Positions 40,124-55,269 of a stretch of DNA of 64,000 bases are shown here, piece after piece. Where the stretch lies: NCBI GenBank assembly GCA_000320545.1, contig ADNK01001816.1, positions 1-64,000 on the forward strand, read 5' to 3'. The stretch is from Bigelowiella natans CCMP2755 (lineage: Eukaryota > Protista > Cercozoa). Position numbers and translations under genes: made by a program. Below the pieces are notes generated by a model. That model saw only the letters and a list, made by a program, of their open reading frames with translations. It ran no database searches and was not told where the DNA came from. The first letter of the stretch is position 1, and the number at the start of each line of letters is the position of its first letter.

Positions 40124-40633
40124 TAAAAGACACTGTGAAACACGATTCCTTAATCCTTGGTTGTATTTCACCCTTCCCTTATCTGTCCGTCTGGTTCTCC
40201 TCTCCTTCCTCCTCATTCTCCTTCTTTGATTCTTTGCTGTGCTGTTATAGGTGCTTGTGCTTTCATTATATCCATTTGGCCCAGTTATAGAGCTTTTAGT
40301 CGTTATCCTTCTACTTGTTTTAATCCCGTAATGATAAAGACAAATCAACAGTATCATGTTGTTGTTGCCAACAACAGCATGTAAATACACATTTATGCGA
40401 ATGATACACCTGTGCACACACGTCGTTATAATAAATTAGGATTTAGGGTTTTTATGGTTTACTTCACACCCGTACTTACACTACGTGGTGTAGACATTGA
40501 TTTTACTACTGTTGTAATTCTTCGCAGGTTGTGGATTCCAGTTGGTAGTTTTCTATTTGGTACATCAGCTGGGATTGGACTCACTTTCTTCTTAGCTTCC
40601 TCAACAGTAAAAACTATTCATAAAATCTTTTGA
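37459..40633 (+). CDS. Multi-exon protein with an N-terminal PB1-like domain and C-terminal transmembrane segments
   Basis: YVNVPSELSFSELRGIIATSFPSALRKLTIRWLDEEKEAIIIQNTRDLKE matches the PB1 acidic (OPCA) motif. Hydrophobic later exons include GACAFIISIWPSY and LWIPVGSFLFGTSAGIGLTFFLASSTVKTIHKIF*. Linkage of all exons into one gene is inferred. Confidence 0.6.
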
Positions 40634-40659
40634 AGATCCTCATATTCATGCACGCCTTC

Positions 40660-40697
<38 letters not shown>

Positions 40698-40831
40698 TTA
40701 CATGTTTAATAGTGGGGAAGTATAAATACATCATCATCATCATCATCATCATCATCACCATTCTCGCTTTCATGATCTCCTCCCCCCCCCTTCTCCCTTT
40801 CTCTTTCTCTTCATCTCTTTGCACACATATA

Positions 40832-40874
<43 letters not shown>

Positions 40875-41339
40875 AAGAATGGAGCTGGTATATTAGCAAT
40901 GCCTCTGTTGGTAACGGCAAGTGCGGGCCTGTGGTTCGGTATAGGTATATTATTATTCTTAATATTTTTGGTTATTACATCAACGATTACGATCTGCTAA
41001 CAGCAGCAGCCATGCTGTTGTGAGCGGCTGCATGTAAGTATACAACTAATAATGCAAATTGATAAGGAATGGGCCTTCTTTAGATTCTACTGATAATGAC
41101 ATTATTAATCAGGAATGGGTCTTTCGAGCTTACTGATAATCACCCTCATCCCTGTATCTAGCTTGCTGGTAGCCAAACAACATAACACCAATAGCAATAG
41201 AGAAGTACTCATTGCAAATAGAATAATTGAAGACTATTCAAACAACCAAATTTTGTCAATTCAAATCCAAAGGGATAGAAATAAAATGAGATCATAAAAG
41301 CTGTGCACCCTTCGCTATTGAAATCATCAACAGACTTAT

Positions 41340-41381
<42 letters not shown>

Positions 41382-42592
41382 TCTATCTATCTATCTATCT
41401 ATCTATCTCTCTTTCTCTCTTCATCATTTAATAAGTTTCCTCTTTGGATGCCACTCTGCTGTACCTCTTGGTATCTATTGCTGCCTGCTCTTCATTTTGG
41501 TAACAATTATCAACATTTTCACTCTCGTCGCTAGTTGCAACACCTACCACTTTAAGCCCTCAATGTCTACAAACACACACACTCATTCACTTACTCGGTG
41601 AACAATGACAACATTGCATTACTTCAATTGCTTACTATATGATTATGAAAATGGCACACAATGATGATGGTGACCATGGTGGTGATTAGCTCGAGGTAGC
41701 AATATGTGTGATTTACGCTACTCATTGCCATCGATGTGTTGGTCAAAAATGATGCGCGCCATGTCTAAATCAACTTACTCATTTTTGCATTGTGTCTTTG
41801 ATATTCCAATTAGATCTAATAGAAGAAGCTGGATGGGATGATTTTCTGATATTTGTTTGGATGGAAATACTGAAAAGAATGAAAAGGCTCACATCATTGT
41901 GTGAGTTTGAGTTCAACTTGTAATGAATGACATTAAGAGGCACATGCCATCACACGACATGTCAATGTGAGCGTAGCGGTGCACAATGACACATGGACGT
42001 TGCAATGCATGTCAAGGCTAGCAGCGACAAATGTGCACACATGTCATGCAAATCGCTGCCATGTGTGTTTTGCTATGCGCTCATAACAATTTTGACAAAT
42101 GCTTCGTGCGCGATTGACGAGTACTTCCACGTAGCGACTAGACATCGCGCCGGTAAATATTTACTATGAGAGCATGATGACCATCAACGATTCATTGTCT
42201 AGCCAAAGCTCAGTGCTTTTATCGACTCTCTATTTGTCCAGATGTGCACAACGACAAAAGCCTTTCAGTTTAGTATTACATATTTTCGTCCTGTTCACCA
42301 TCGTTGCCAAGGCAGTGAAGGCCACGCCCGTATAGAGGTCCACCATCGGACAACCAAAACAACAACTAGCAAGCGCCAGGACCACTTGATCAAGAAGTCA
42401 AATATGGCAAATATCCATGCTACCAGCGCGAATAGTCTTCCTATCAAAGTGGCCTATCAACACAACACAAAATGAAAGATTCACATCATATAAAAATCAT
42501 CCAGCAAATGATGTCTGCAAACATACCCATTTCACAATTACATGGTGTTATACTGGTTGACATCTACACAGCAAATACCATATTATTCTATA

Positions 42593-43488
42593 TTATGCTA
42601 GTGGCGATGTTACTTGAGGCTCAGCTTTCTCCTTCAATTTGTCCACCCTTTGGCGGATCGTCTCCAATTCTTTTCTCACCCCTTCGTATTTCTCCTAGTC
42701 AAGTAGCAGCAAGGCGAAATAAGGAGAATAAGAACACGGAATCGAGAGTTTTCCGTCAATTATCTCGATATTCTGCCACAAGAGGATCAGATTCAAAATC
42801 GTACGAAAGAGGAAGGGAGCGATTAGAGTGTGGGTCCACAAATGCAACAAGTACTTGGTGTGATTTGATCAATTTGAATGTCTCTATAGATTGGCTGGCT
42901 TTAAGGGTGGAGACTTCCGTTCGAAGCTGTTCAACTTCAGACTAATTCGGGGAGGAAAGAAGATGAACGACATAACAAGAAAAGAAACTTGAAACCATCT
43001 GAAAACACTGCAAAATCTCTTTCTTAAAGTACAAAAGGAGCCATTATTTACAATATAGCGTGTCTGAGTACACCGCCATGGTAACATATTTATCGCACGG
43101 CTTGCCACACACTCACCTTGAGGTCTTTATTCTTGGGTATCCCATTTACAGACATACTTCCGCTATTTATACCGCGATCAGGAGCTGAATAAGAATCTGA
43201 TGCTGCGCCCCCCCCTCTTCTTGACGGTGGTGCTGGAGAAGTGCGTCCGGAAAACCAACCAAAACTGGGCGTGTTAGATACGACATCGTCTTCTCCCCTC
43301 ATACTGCAGTCATCAGGTGCGCCCTTATTGTTTGAGTTTCCATCGCCGACTCCATTCCCGAATGATCCATGAAGGCCCCCTCTTTCTTTCCCAGGCTGGG
43401 AGATGAGAATTAATGTCGGGATTGCCAGGGCGGCGAGATAAGCAGCAATGCCACGATGAACACTTCTGTTCCACTTCTTAGTTCTCAT
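42593..43488 (-). CDS. Small N-terminally membrane-anchored coiled-coil protein, function unknown
   Basis: MRTKKWNRSVHRGIAAYLAALAIPTLILIS..., then exons SEVEQLRTEVSTLKASQSIETFKLIKSHQ and EKYEGVRKELETIRQRVDKLKEKAEPQVTSPLA*. Confidence 0.6.
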
Positions 43489-43825
43489 GGAAATAGGACT
43501 ACGTTTATTTAATTCCTCATAGGAACAAATTAAGTCTTCTGTCACTCAAATCCCTCAGTTCGGAAGCCTTGTGGCGGTTGGCAGCCATTATTCGTGGAGC
43601 ATGTGATCATTCAACAAGTAGCTTAATCGCGTCTTGCCAATGAGCATGTCGCTGTGATTAAACCCCATTGAAAACTCACAATTTCATGAATGTTTTTGCG
43701 TCCTCATAGAAATGATGTCGTAGGTCTGAAATGTCCTGTAATCCTGAAAGAGCACATCGTGTTCGTGGAGTTCAATCTGGTCCAGACTCATTAATTTTTC
43801 TCAACTCCATCTGTGCTCCCTCCTT

Positions 43826-45055
43826 ATGGGATCATCAACAAGTTCCACTCTCGTAAAAGAGGCAAAACGGACGAAAAAACTTCAAGGCTCTGGGAAGGGG
43901 CTAACAGTTATACCCACTGGCGCCTTCAAGATTGTGGGCCTCGAAGAAGTGTGGCTGCAAGATAATGATTTATCATCTCTGCCGGCACACCACATAGGCT
44001 CTTGGGACTCGATCGAGTTGCTGTATCTTCTAAATAATAAAAAAATATCGTGTTTACCGAAGGAAGTAGGAAAATGGACTAAACTCCAGGAACTCAATTT
44101 AAGCAACACCGCGCTCAGCTCCTTGCCAGCGGAGACAAAAAACTGGAGGGACCTACGGCAATTATATTTGAATAATATTCCTAGTTTGAAAGCACTTCCT
44201 GCCTCATCAGTGGGAGCGTGGACCAAGCTAAAGGTGACGATGTCAGAGTTTGATATTCTGAATGGATTAGAGAATCAGTATGTTGCTCAATATAATGGTA
44301 CTTTTCTAAAACCGATGAACCCTAACGAATCCTGGAACATGCCACATTACTGATCAACTTAGGTACTTCATATCAACGGTTGCACATTGTCTAGTCTTCC
44401 AGAGAGTATTAGCTCTCTTTCAGAACTCACAATGGTTGCTCTAAACGGCAATTCCTTCGAGTCGCTCCCACGGGGCATTGGCAAATGGACCAAAGTTGAA
44501 AAAATGTTTCTTAACGATTGTAAAAGCCTCCATCAGCTTCCAGAGAGTATAAGTGGCATGGAATCACTAGAGAAACTATACATAAATAACTCGGGCTTGA
44601 CTTCCCTTCCAAAATCAATTGGAGCTCTTTCAAAGTTATCGGAACTATACGTAACGAATAATAACATTGATGCGATTCCCGAGTCCATTTCCCATTGTCA
44701 ATCTCTCGGGAAATTGTACGTCAACGAAAACTCTGCTCTGAAACACATCCCGGAGGACCTTGCCAAAGTCGGCACAATTGAGATTGTTCATGCGAGCAAT
44801 TGCAATTTGAGCAGTGTTTTTAAATCCTTCAAGGCGTTGAAGAATCTCAAGTTTTTTCACGTATCAGGAAATAAAATTACAACCCTACCTGATGACATAA
44901 TAGAACTAAAGCAGCTCCGTGTTTTTGATGTGAAAGATAATCCACTCTCCCCTGGAGCAGATGCTCTTGCTATAAAAGTAAACAGCAGTCTTATATCTGC
45001 CTGGACTTTTGGGAGCAACGGCAGCAGCAGCAACGTAGAAAAAAAGAAATCATAA
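43826..45055 (+). CDS. Leucine-rich repeat protein, probably N-myristoylated; one intron at about 44233-44362
   Basis: About 14 LxxLxLxxNxLxxLPxxIG repeats across ORFs 43826-44353 and 44387-45055; N-terminus MGSSTS. Confidence 0.93.
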
Positions 45056-45965
45056 GAACTTGTGTGAAAACGTACTGATATACTGAATATATAAAGGCTA
45101 TTCACATGTTCAATCATTCTCAACACATTGTTGCACATGATGACTATGGAAAGTCAAATAGTGCTAGCAGCGTACATGATGGTTCGAATATTTGCACTTG
45201 CGCAGATGATCAATCGCCGACTTACAAGCACATTACTAGATTACCATGCTTGCATGGCCTAATAATCGCGAAAAGTGTGGGCACAGCTAGACAGCGTTAC
45301 ACAGCGCACCATTCTAGCATTGCATACGCGACAATTGCGCTAATAATCACCGATAGCTGGTAGCTATTATTCTAGCTATGTACCATGGCTTCGATCAAAG
45401 AATGTGCTATGCACACTCACTCTCGTAGATCAATTGCACACAGCATGCACGCTCCCTCCCACACTGCATGTAGCTGATCGCATAGGTTTCATTCCACCTA
45501 CACTGTATATGGTATGTGATACATGCTAATCTAGGAAGCATTATGAACGAACCAAATCTGGACAACTAGACAAGGCTGTCGTACGGTAAGAATATCATCA
45601 TATGCTACATATGATAAATCCAGCATGCAAACACAACGAATCTGTAGCATTCCGTAGATGAGATACAACCGTAGCAGCAGGTAAATTATGCTTGTGCATC
45701 TTATTATGACTGCTACACTTGCTAACAGCATGTTGCATTTCTCCCTATATTCTGCACCTAATAATACCCCATGAGAAGTGACAATTCGTTTCTAAAACGA
45801 AATAAATTGATAGATTTAGATAGGTTATAACTAATCAGTGTCATCCTGCTACTGCTGATTTGGTAAGTAAGCTAGCTACTGGTATTGAGTAAATGGTAGG
45901 GAACATGACTTAAAGTGACAATAATGGAGGCATTTCTGGGTAGGGAGAGATGAAGAGATTTGTGC

Positions 45966-46006
<41 letters not shown>

Positions 46007-46181
46007 GTAGATTCTTATCATCACAGCCGTGCAACTGTAGCGTTGTGAAAATATTGAATGAAACTGCATGGAAAGATCATCATATTGTCGGCACACAGCA
46101 GCAAACACAAAGCTGGGATGAATGTTGGCCCTCTCCAATCATTTATCGTAGTATCTATCAACATCCTCTTCCTCACAAGAC

Positions 46182-46762
46182 TTAACCCATCTGTGCAAGC
46201 ATTGCAGCACCAATGATAAGGGATATAAGCGCACATGCAAACAGAGCGCCAACTGCAGGGCGAGATACATTGATATCTTGGAAAAACACAACACCCCAAA
46301 CCTGAAAGAAAGAGGAGCACGAGCAACAGCAGCACAACAACAACAACAACAACCCATTAAAACCACAAAGAACCAGTAGTGAGTGACATCGACGATCTGT
46401 CATCGTCAATATGGCCGTCTCTCGTGACTTGTGTAACATATTTATTGTGATGATTCATCATCATCATTATCATCATCGATGGCACTACATGGCAGTAGTA
46501 CCGCTGCCACTAATATGCCTGTTTGCACAAGTGGGAACCCTATAGACATGCCCAAGTGCTAAGTAGTTATAGTAGCAGTAGCAATTGACATCATTATTCT
46601 AGTATTATTGATGATCATGATGGTGCTGATAGTCGTGCAAAGCTCTCACACACAGACACAATCAACGAGTAAAATAATGTTCCTAACTGAGAGATCATTA
46701 TTTACCACAATCATAATCATCATCATCATCATCATTATCATCATAACAAACAAGCACACACA

Positions 46763-46799
<37 letters not shown>

Positions 46800-46830
46800 A
46801 CACATACACACACATACACACTCACACAAC

Positions 46831-46867
<37 letters not shown>

Positions 46868-47180
46868 CATCACCGGTAGTATATCATTAATATCAACATC
46901 GAAGACTATCAAACGTCATTCAAGTTTGAATGTTCTGCGACTACCACACTAACTACTACTACAACTAGAGAAACTAACACATCTCCTTCTTCTTCTTCTT
47001 CTTCTTCTTCTTCTTCTTCTACCTTGGTAGCATGCACAGAGAGAAAATTTCCCATCGCCCAAATCTTCGTGAAGGTGATGATGGTGGTGATGGGGGTGAT
47101 GGGGGTGGGGGTGGAGGGAACGAAAGCAAGTGAGGAAGAGAGGACAACGCGTGTACATAAATGATATCATCATTATTATA

Positions 47181-47212
<32 letters not shown>

Positions 47213-47262
47213 GCTTAGTAGATATTGTGTTTACAAACAGCATCGTGACTACTACTTACATA

Positions 47263-47294
<32 letters not shown>

Positions 47295-47771
47295 CGCGTA
47301 TAAAATGAATAATAGATACACATACCGTCCCTGTGATGCCTCCTGGAGTGACTGCTCTGCAAAGCTTCCTCATAAATCGATCATTAGGAGCACGTAAGTC
47401 TCCAGCATTGCCATGTTGGTCAGGCAGCACCTCTCCCTGGAGGTGTTCTCTTACGTAAGCAAAGAGGAGGAGGAATGGAGCCGTGAGCAAAGAGGCAAAG
47501 GAGAAGGATGCAAGATATGCCACTGTGAATCGTAACGACGACCTGATCATATGTGACATTACAGTATATAAACAACAACAACAACAACATATCAAATAAT
47601 AGGAGAAGTAGAGAGAAGAAGAGAGAAGTAGAGAGAAGAAGAGAGAAATAGAGAGAAGAAGAGAGGCGAAGGAGAAACAGAACAAAATAAGGAAAGTAAT
47701 GAACAAATGACATATCCTTCTTTCGAAAATTAATACCATAATTATTGTCATCACCCGTAATGCAATCATAA

Positions 47772-47806
<35 letters not shown>

Positions 47807-47996
47807 AAAATCTTGATGCTGTATTATGGGTAGTAGAGAAGAGTTGTGTTTGTTGTTTTGTCATTACGCCTCCGGTTCTTCCACACGGTCGACATGAAGC
47901 TTATATGGAACCATCAGTGCCCCATCAAACACACCAGCCATCACACCAGCAAAAAAACCGAAAGCTGCTGCAGCAGCCCTCCTGATATTATATATA

Positions 47997-48032
<36 letters not shown>

Positions 48033-48755
48033 CATAATACTATCTTCTTCTTGAAAGCAATATTTGAGAACAAAGACATAGCATATCATCATCATCATCA
48101 TCATCATCATCACCATCGTCATAATCGGCATTGGTCTATGTATTTGAATTCCTATTAGTGTTATTGTTGTTATTATCATTATTACGGGATCCCTGGCTTG
48201 TTTGTAGGCCTTATTGCTTGGATATCGATGCTTGTGTGCTGTCTTCCACGGTCGCGAAGTTTCTTTAACATAATGATGGAGGGGAGGATGATGATGGTGA
48301 TGATGATGATGATGATGATGATGATGTTGTAGCGAGTGGGTATACTATTTACCAAGCAAAATTGAGAGATTGTGCTATGTTTGGAGCATCATCATGAATG
48401 ATGATGATGGTAATGATAATGATAATAATGACGACGATGATAATGATGATGAGATGAATATGTGCTAGCATTTTGCTGCCCCTCCCCCTTTTCCCCTCAC
48501 TTGATTTGTTTATTTTCCTTGATTCAAAACCAAGAGTATTGACTCGTTGTGATCGATTCGTTAATTATAGCAGCAGCTCACCGTTATAGCATCATGCATG
48601 TAATAAGTCAATCAGGCACTTACAATAATTACTACTGTCCCGATGACGACGACTACTACTTACTAGTAGTGCTAAATGTACCCTGAAGTTGTGTTTCTTC
48701 ATGCCTTCAAGTTCAGACGCAATGTGGGTAGCAGCGAGTAGGCACACCTATCATG

Positions 48756-48786
<31 letters not shown>

Positions 48787-49264
48787 CCATCATCGTTGTT
48801 GATGATTGCAGTAGAGGAGAAAGAGTACAGTTATATCATTATAAGAGCAATGAAGCATTTTGAGAAGAAAGTGGTGATTGATCAGGCTACAATGCACATG
48901 CTCACCATATGTGTACATTACCCCGAGAATCAGTATTGCTAGAGAGAAAGAAGCTCCAACAAAGCTTTTCACAGGCTCGGCGAAGAATGTTTTCCCTGTA
49001 AGAAGAAGAAGAAGAAGATATTAGAATATATTTGATGATTGATGTCGTTATCATTTTTATCGCTTAAACTGTATTGTCTGTGTATATGCGCAGACGGATA
49101 ACCCTTCCTTACTGCTGCTGCTACTACTACTACTCCTTCTCCTTCTTCTTGTATATGCTGTACTACTACCCCAAATGAAGGAAGTCACCATGCCCACACC
49201 ATTCAAAATAGACGGGGCCATTGCGTATCTAAATAGCAAAGATATACAACCTTAAATATGCGCA

Positions 49265-49298
<34 letters not shown>

Positions 49299-49387
49299 CT
49301 ATATAATACTTGTAGCCCTCCTCTCTGATCAAACGACGATGTTCAGACCACCAAGGAAGGAAGGAGGGCATCATATATAAGATTCCT

Positions 49388-49421
<34 letters not shown>

Positions 49422-49510
49422 CGTATCATTACCCTACGAGTTGAGTCGAAAGAGAGGCCCAGAATGACACGATGATTATGTCAATAGCACCGACAATTCC
49501 TACATACCAC

Positions 49511-49542
<32 letters not shown>

Positions 49543-49559
49543 CGATGAACAAGTGCGTA

Positions 49560-49593
<34 letters not shown>

Positions 49594-51219
49594 GATGTTT
49601 GTATCATGCAGTGGTAGAAGAACATGATAACAAACTAACTATCTAGCAGTCATCATTGTCACGAATCATGGTAGCAGCAGCAGCAGCATAGCTGGAGGGA
49701 GATGGTAAGAAGAACATCATTGTACTACACTGGCCATTACCAAGCCATTCAAACCACGAGTACCACGTCTCATGATTCAGCTTTTCCTTCTCGAAATCAT
49801 CGTGTGTGTAGACCTGCGATGTGGTGACATGACAATAATTATGGTGGTGGTGGTGATGATGATGCTGATACGGTGATATGGGTGCTATGACAAAGCTAAT
49901 TGCTCCTACTAAATATTTAATCCGAGATGGTTATTATAATACAACCATGTAGAGCATCAAGGGTACTCCGACGATGAAGATCCCCAATGCTAACAAAAAC
50001 AAACAAGAATGTTTAAAACCGATCACGAGAAGTAGTAGTAATAAGAAAAGTATGCATGTGAATCATATAATCCTACTAAATAACAATGATGATGATACAT
50101 AAGGTTGTTTGGTCGTTGTTATTGGAATCATACCATTGAATGCCTGGAATAGCACTGCGTCCGGGGTACCGAACTCATCTGGGGGCTCTTTAAACATCAA
50201 CCTGGAAAATAGCATCATGATGGACACAACCACAATAATGAGCAGTGTTAGCAATTGTGATGAATTGGCAAAACAATCTTCCAAACAGAAACATTGTCAT
50301 CATCATGTGAAGTGAATGAATGCTTTTACCCAACACTGCCGAACAAAAACAGAGCGCCTAAAGTTGCCACCCCACCAGTTGTCCGTCCTAAGGCGGAGTC
50401 AATTCTCTAAAGGGAGGGAGGGAGGGAAGGAGTTGGCAGCAGATAGGAGAGATTCGATGAAAGGAAGTTAAGAGTAAGGTAGTTAGCAGTTCCTGCTGCT
50501 TGAAATGGGGTGGCATCATAGGAAAGCTCAACTTACCGACTGCCAAACAGCTCTTAACATAAATTTCATTATCATAAAATCAAATCACTAGCAGTAGTTA
50601 GTACCGCTCCTATCCTTTCGTTATTCCATTCCATGATGAATACAGCTACCTAAAATAATAACGCTTGTATCAGCATCGTCAAGCTAGGAATATTATTAAT
50701 CTCGGCGTGGTGATACACGGAAATGAAAGTAAGACAACAATGATTAAGCGTGGATTTATCATCTATCTATCTACCATGGAAACTAATCCAATGAAAACCA
50801 CGTAACCAGCAGCCCTGCGTAGACTTTTTCCGTCATATGGCAGCACGTCCGGTAACTTGTTGTCAATTCTCTATGATAGCAGAATACGAGTGTTGATTCG
50901 ATGTGTGAACAAACAATTGTGGAATAGATCATGTAAGAATTTATTTCCTACCGGTCCATGCGCATCAATTGCAACGATATGCCCTGGTGTTATTGGGTTC
51001 CCATTCTTCTTCATCTGCTGTGTTGTTAATTGGAAAAACGTATTATTCAGTATCAACTTCTAACACATGGAGACCAGAAACTCATATCGCTTTCCCCTCC
51101 TACCCTTGTAAATTGACAATGAGAACACATTGTCACTTTGATACTACCTTAAAATTGCCACTAGGCACGACAAGCATGGCAGTCTCATCATGTTTGTTCT
51201 GTGAATCTTCAGCGGGCAT
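46182..51219 (-). CDS. TMEM144-like multi-pass membrane transporter (DMT superfamily), many exons in SSR-rich introns
   Basis: Exons read ALFLFGS, PDAVLFQAFNG, YAMAPSILNGVGMVTSFIWG.TFFAEPV, FFAGVMAGVFDGALMVPY, YLASFSFASL, PGGITG and VWGVVFFQDI...LIIGAAMLAQMG*. Start (MPAEDS) is tentative. Confidence 0.72.
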
Positions 51220-52396
51220 TGATTCGATCGTCGTTTACTGAGGCATGAAAAGAATAATGTGACTACTCGGAAACGCACAACATCTCATTTAGTCTATCGA
51301 TGTTTCTTAGACATCGGATTTGTACATAAAATAAAAATTAGGGAATGGATGGCAATGCCATCAGCTGAGGATGACTAATAGATTTCTTCAATCAATTGAA
51401 CAAGACCCCCCTCCAAGTAATTATTACCCAATATTTTACAAACCTTCTTGTCTGAATACTTTTCGAACAAAAGTAACTGAGAGGATCTTCCGAGTTCCTG
51501 TTCTTTCAATCAGTTATTTAGCGGAGTTATGCGAACAGATTACAGATGATGTGAGGTCACTGTCCTCGCCTCCCCCCCCACAATCTTTTGTTTGGTAACA
51601 CAGTGAGTCTTGTTTGTGTCGATCGGTGTAGAAATTGGTTGTATTTGAGTCTACGTCATGGAAATTTGTTTGTCGCAAAATATATTAATACGGCAACTTG
51701 CCTTTTCGTCGTATCCCGTTTCAAGACCCTTTCTCTTTTTCAGAGTTCATGGATTTTTAAAGAATATATTCCCAACAATGTTGTCGCTGCGATAAATAAG
51801 CCTCTCAAATTACCCCATACCACAAAACTTAATTCAACAGACTCCTCCGAATTTCAGAATAACCCTTACGGAAGATTTAAGGTTTTTATTTCTACAGATC
51901 ATCCAGAATAATCGCTCTTTTCATGAATTAGATGATTATTTGCGTGCATAAGCTATCGAATTATCACCTATTTAAGCAGGCTTATCTATCCGATTCCTAT
52001 GGATAGAGATGGAAATTGAGAAATGACTACGTAATTGGGACTTGTTTCCATATTTGGCTTTCATTCCCGATTCTGTGGAAGTCGCATCATAAAAATAGGG
52101 CTTTTATAGATCTGAAATGGAAAATACCCCGAGTTTAGAACTTGGTTCGACGATCTTAACAAAGAGAAAAGGAGTACAGCCACCTGCTGTTGTTCACGTG
52201 TCCTTTTATTTAGACCTACGTGCTGCAAAATACAAATGCGACTTAAAATAATCAAAGCATGTCAGTCAAAATCCTATGTATCACATCATGAACACAGTGG
52301 CTCCAAAAATAGTAATTGGTCAATATTTTAAGCCAGATACATCTGATGGCATCAACCAATGTTTTCACAACAATATTAATTGGGACAGACGCCACA

Positions 52397-52995
52397 ATGG
52401 CTTCTGATACCCCTCCCGGCAGGGTGTGTCTATACGTCGTACTCCTTACGACGTTGATGTTTATCCTACTTGCAGCAAAAGTTCAAGTAGATAGTATTTT
52501 CATGCTAGGAGTTCCTACGAGGGCTTATTCTCCCTCCCCGCTTGTGGTAATAAGGCCTAGAGCGCTCCTCCACTGTCCTGTTAGTACTAGTTGCAAGCGA
52601 CGACGTTCAAGGTACGTAATAAGGGGAGGGATTGATCCCCTAAAACATCAAGAAATATGATTATCAGGCTTTACCCAAAACTTGGAAAGTTATGCAGCAT
52701 GCGTACATACATACATACATTGTATACGTATGTGCTGCTCACTTTATGTTCTGAAAACAATTAAAAACGATACAATTGCATATACGTATGTGTTGCTCAC
52801 TTTATGTTCTGAAGATAACTAAACAAGCCACAATTCTCACCACAATGCCATTCTTTGCAGCAGATTCCTCGTCCTTAATGGTGTTAAGCCATATCGGAAT
52901 TCCAGAATAATATCACCCCACCACAATAGCTACAATAGAATAAGATTTCCTCTTCGTTCCTCAGCTTCCTCCCCATTCTCCTTGCCATCACCATC

Positions 52996-53027
<32 letters not shown>

Positions 53028-53530
53028 TATCATCATCTATGATGACGGTCGTTAGAAACGCAACTGTCGTTTGGTATGACCGGAGGCGTCGTTTCGGTAA
53101 TCTCATATTTGGGGATTCAGGGGAACAAGCCTTCTTCCATGAAGATGGCCTGATCTTTGACCACGTCTTCGGTGAGGAGGTTGACAATTTTGGAGACCGT
53201 GAACATGCCAACACGCTGACAGATGAATTCGAAACCATCAAAAGCATTGTACTCTCCGGTCGTCCTGTAGATGTCCAAGCTTTCGTCTCCGTATCGTCTG
53301 ATGCTACTGTAGCCTCATCATTGGACCCCTTGCTCCTCCCTGTGCTAGAGCAAGAAAAAGAGGAGAAAGACCTGGTGGGAAACGACATAAAGACGACGAA
53401 ACAAATTACTTCAAGAATTGTACAAATACGGTGCATGGTAGATGAAGATAGCTTTGGTACCAACACCAGTGTTTCTACCACCAGCTCCACAAACAAGTAA
53501 GTGTGGAAGAGAGAGTGCATATCATGTTGT

Positions 53531-53565
<35 letters not shown>

Positions 53566-54306
53566 GGGACTTACTTGCAGCGTCGTATTATGACTTTGTT
53601 GGGCTAGAAGAGTTGTCCAAAAAAACTTCGTTGTTTGAGCACAAAAACCAACACCAGGCAGGGGATCCTACACAATAGAGCAAAATGTTAGAATTAAAAA
53701 TAACAGAAAGAATATATTCAAAATATATTCAAAATTTGGATTTATTACAATTTTTTGCATTTGGGTTAGTCAAAACCAGGAAAGCGATAATGATGACGAT
53801 GATTGATGACGATGATTGATGAGGATGATTGATGACGACGATTGCCTCTCTATCTATTCTCGTTTTAGGTATGTAAAGGCCAAGATGTCTGCCCTCGACT
53901 TGACTGTTACTCGGGTTCTTAGTTTAAAGCAAAAACTCCTCAAAGGGCTGGAAGACGGCGATGCAAACGTGTTAAAAGAAGCTTCTGGATCGCTGTTTGA
54001 CTTGGTAGACCGTTGCCCTCTGGATTTGAGGCGGAAAGTTCTGCGGTCAAGTGTGTGGGACTTGCTTACAACCATTCACAACACTATCCATCTTCCTCGC
54101 TCGCAACCGTTTGATCCCACAGTTGTAGCAATCGCTTCTGAGATTTACGATAGATTCTCTGGGGGGGGGGGTGATGATGACAGAAGAGGAGGAGGAGCTA
54201 AGTCTTCCGTTGTCACAATGTAATGTATCAATATATGCTGACACTGTACCTGTTAGTGGTCTATATCGTAAAGAACAATCATTGTGATAGTTTGTCTGAT
54301 TTTTAA

Positions 54307-54345
<39 letters not shown>

Positions 54346-55132
54346 GTCTTTTAGTTGTTGGAAAAACATCATACTGACTACACATAACTCATCAACACGT
54401 TCAATTCAAAAACAGTGTGTGAATACTCACTATTCGATTCGAAATCACATATATACAGGTATGGATTCTCTCCACGCCAAAAGCGGATATTGAAGCAAAT
54501 GCAAGAATTCGTTGGAAGTGGCAATGATGATAAGGAGGACAACACTGCTGCTAAATTAGGAAAAGAAATAAGAGCGCGAAGATCTCAACAACAAGATAGA
54601 CCAAAAGGTGGTATCCTCCTTTGCCTGTATAAATAAACGACTTTCCTGATTTCTTAGTCTCCAGAGCGTTGTTATCTTTTGATGACACAAATGGTGTTCT
54701 CCTACCACATTTCACCAGATGGATATGCTCCTGCTGCTTTGTCTTCACTGTTAAAGCACATATAACATACAATAAAACAGCCTCCTCCTCCTCCCCACCC
54801 CCCCTCCCCCCTCCACAGGGCTAAGTGAAAAGGCTGAGGTAAGACTTAAAATGGCACGAAAGGTGCTGCAATCACGAGTAGGCTCAGTGATATTGGTCAT
54901 GGAGAACGTAGAAGATCCTGACAACAAGTTTGGCATGTACAGAACTTGTGAGGCTCTAGGTATCCAAGAGGTACTTCTACTACTAATAGTAGTAATAGGA
55001 GTAACTGAGAAGGAGAAGAAGGAGGGGGGGGGGGGGGGGGGTCGAGCAGCAAGAGGCAAAGTTTATATGACTGTTGTAAAATCGATATATGTCGACTTGG
55101 TGATGGTTTCTTCCACATCGTACGAAATATTA

Positions 55133-55175
<43 letters not shown>

Positions 55176-55236
55176 CATTGGATCATCATTATTTTCGGAT
55201 AATATCGTTGTCTATGTTGTTGTCCACGTTCTATCA

Positions 55237-55269
<33 letters not shown>

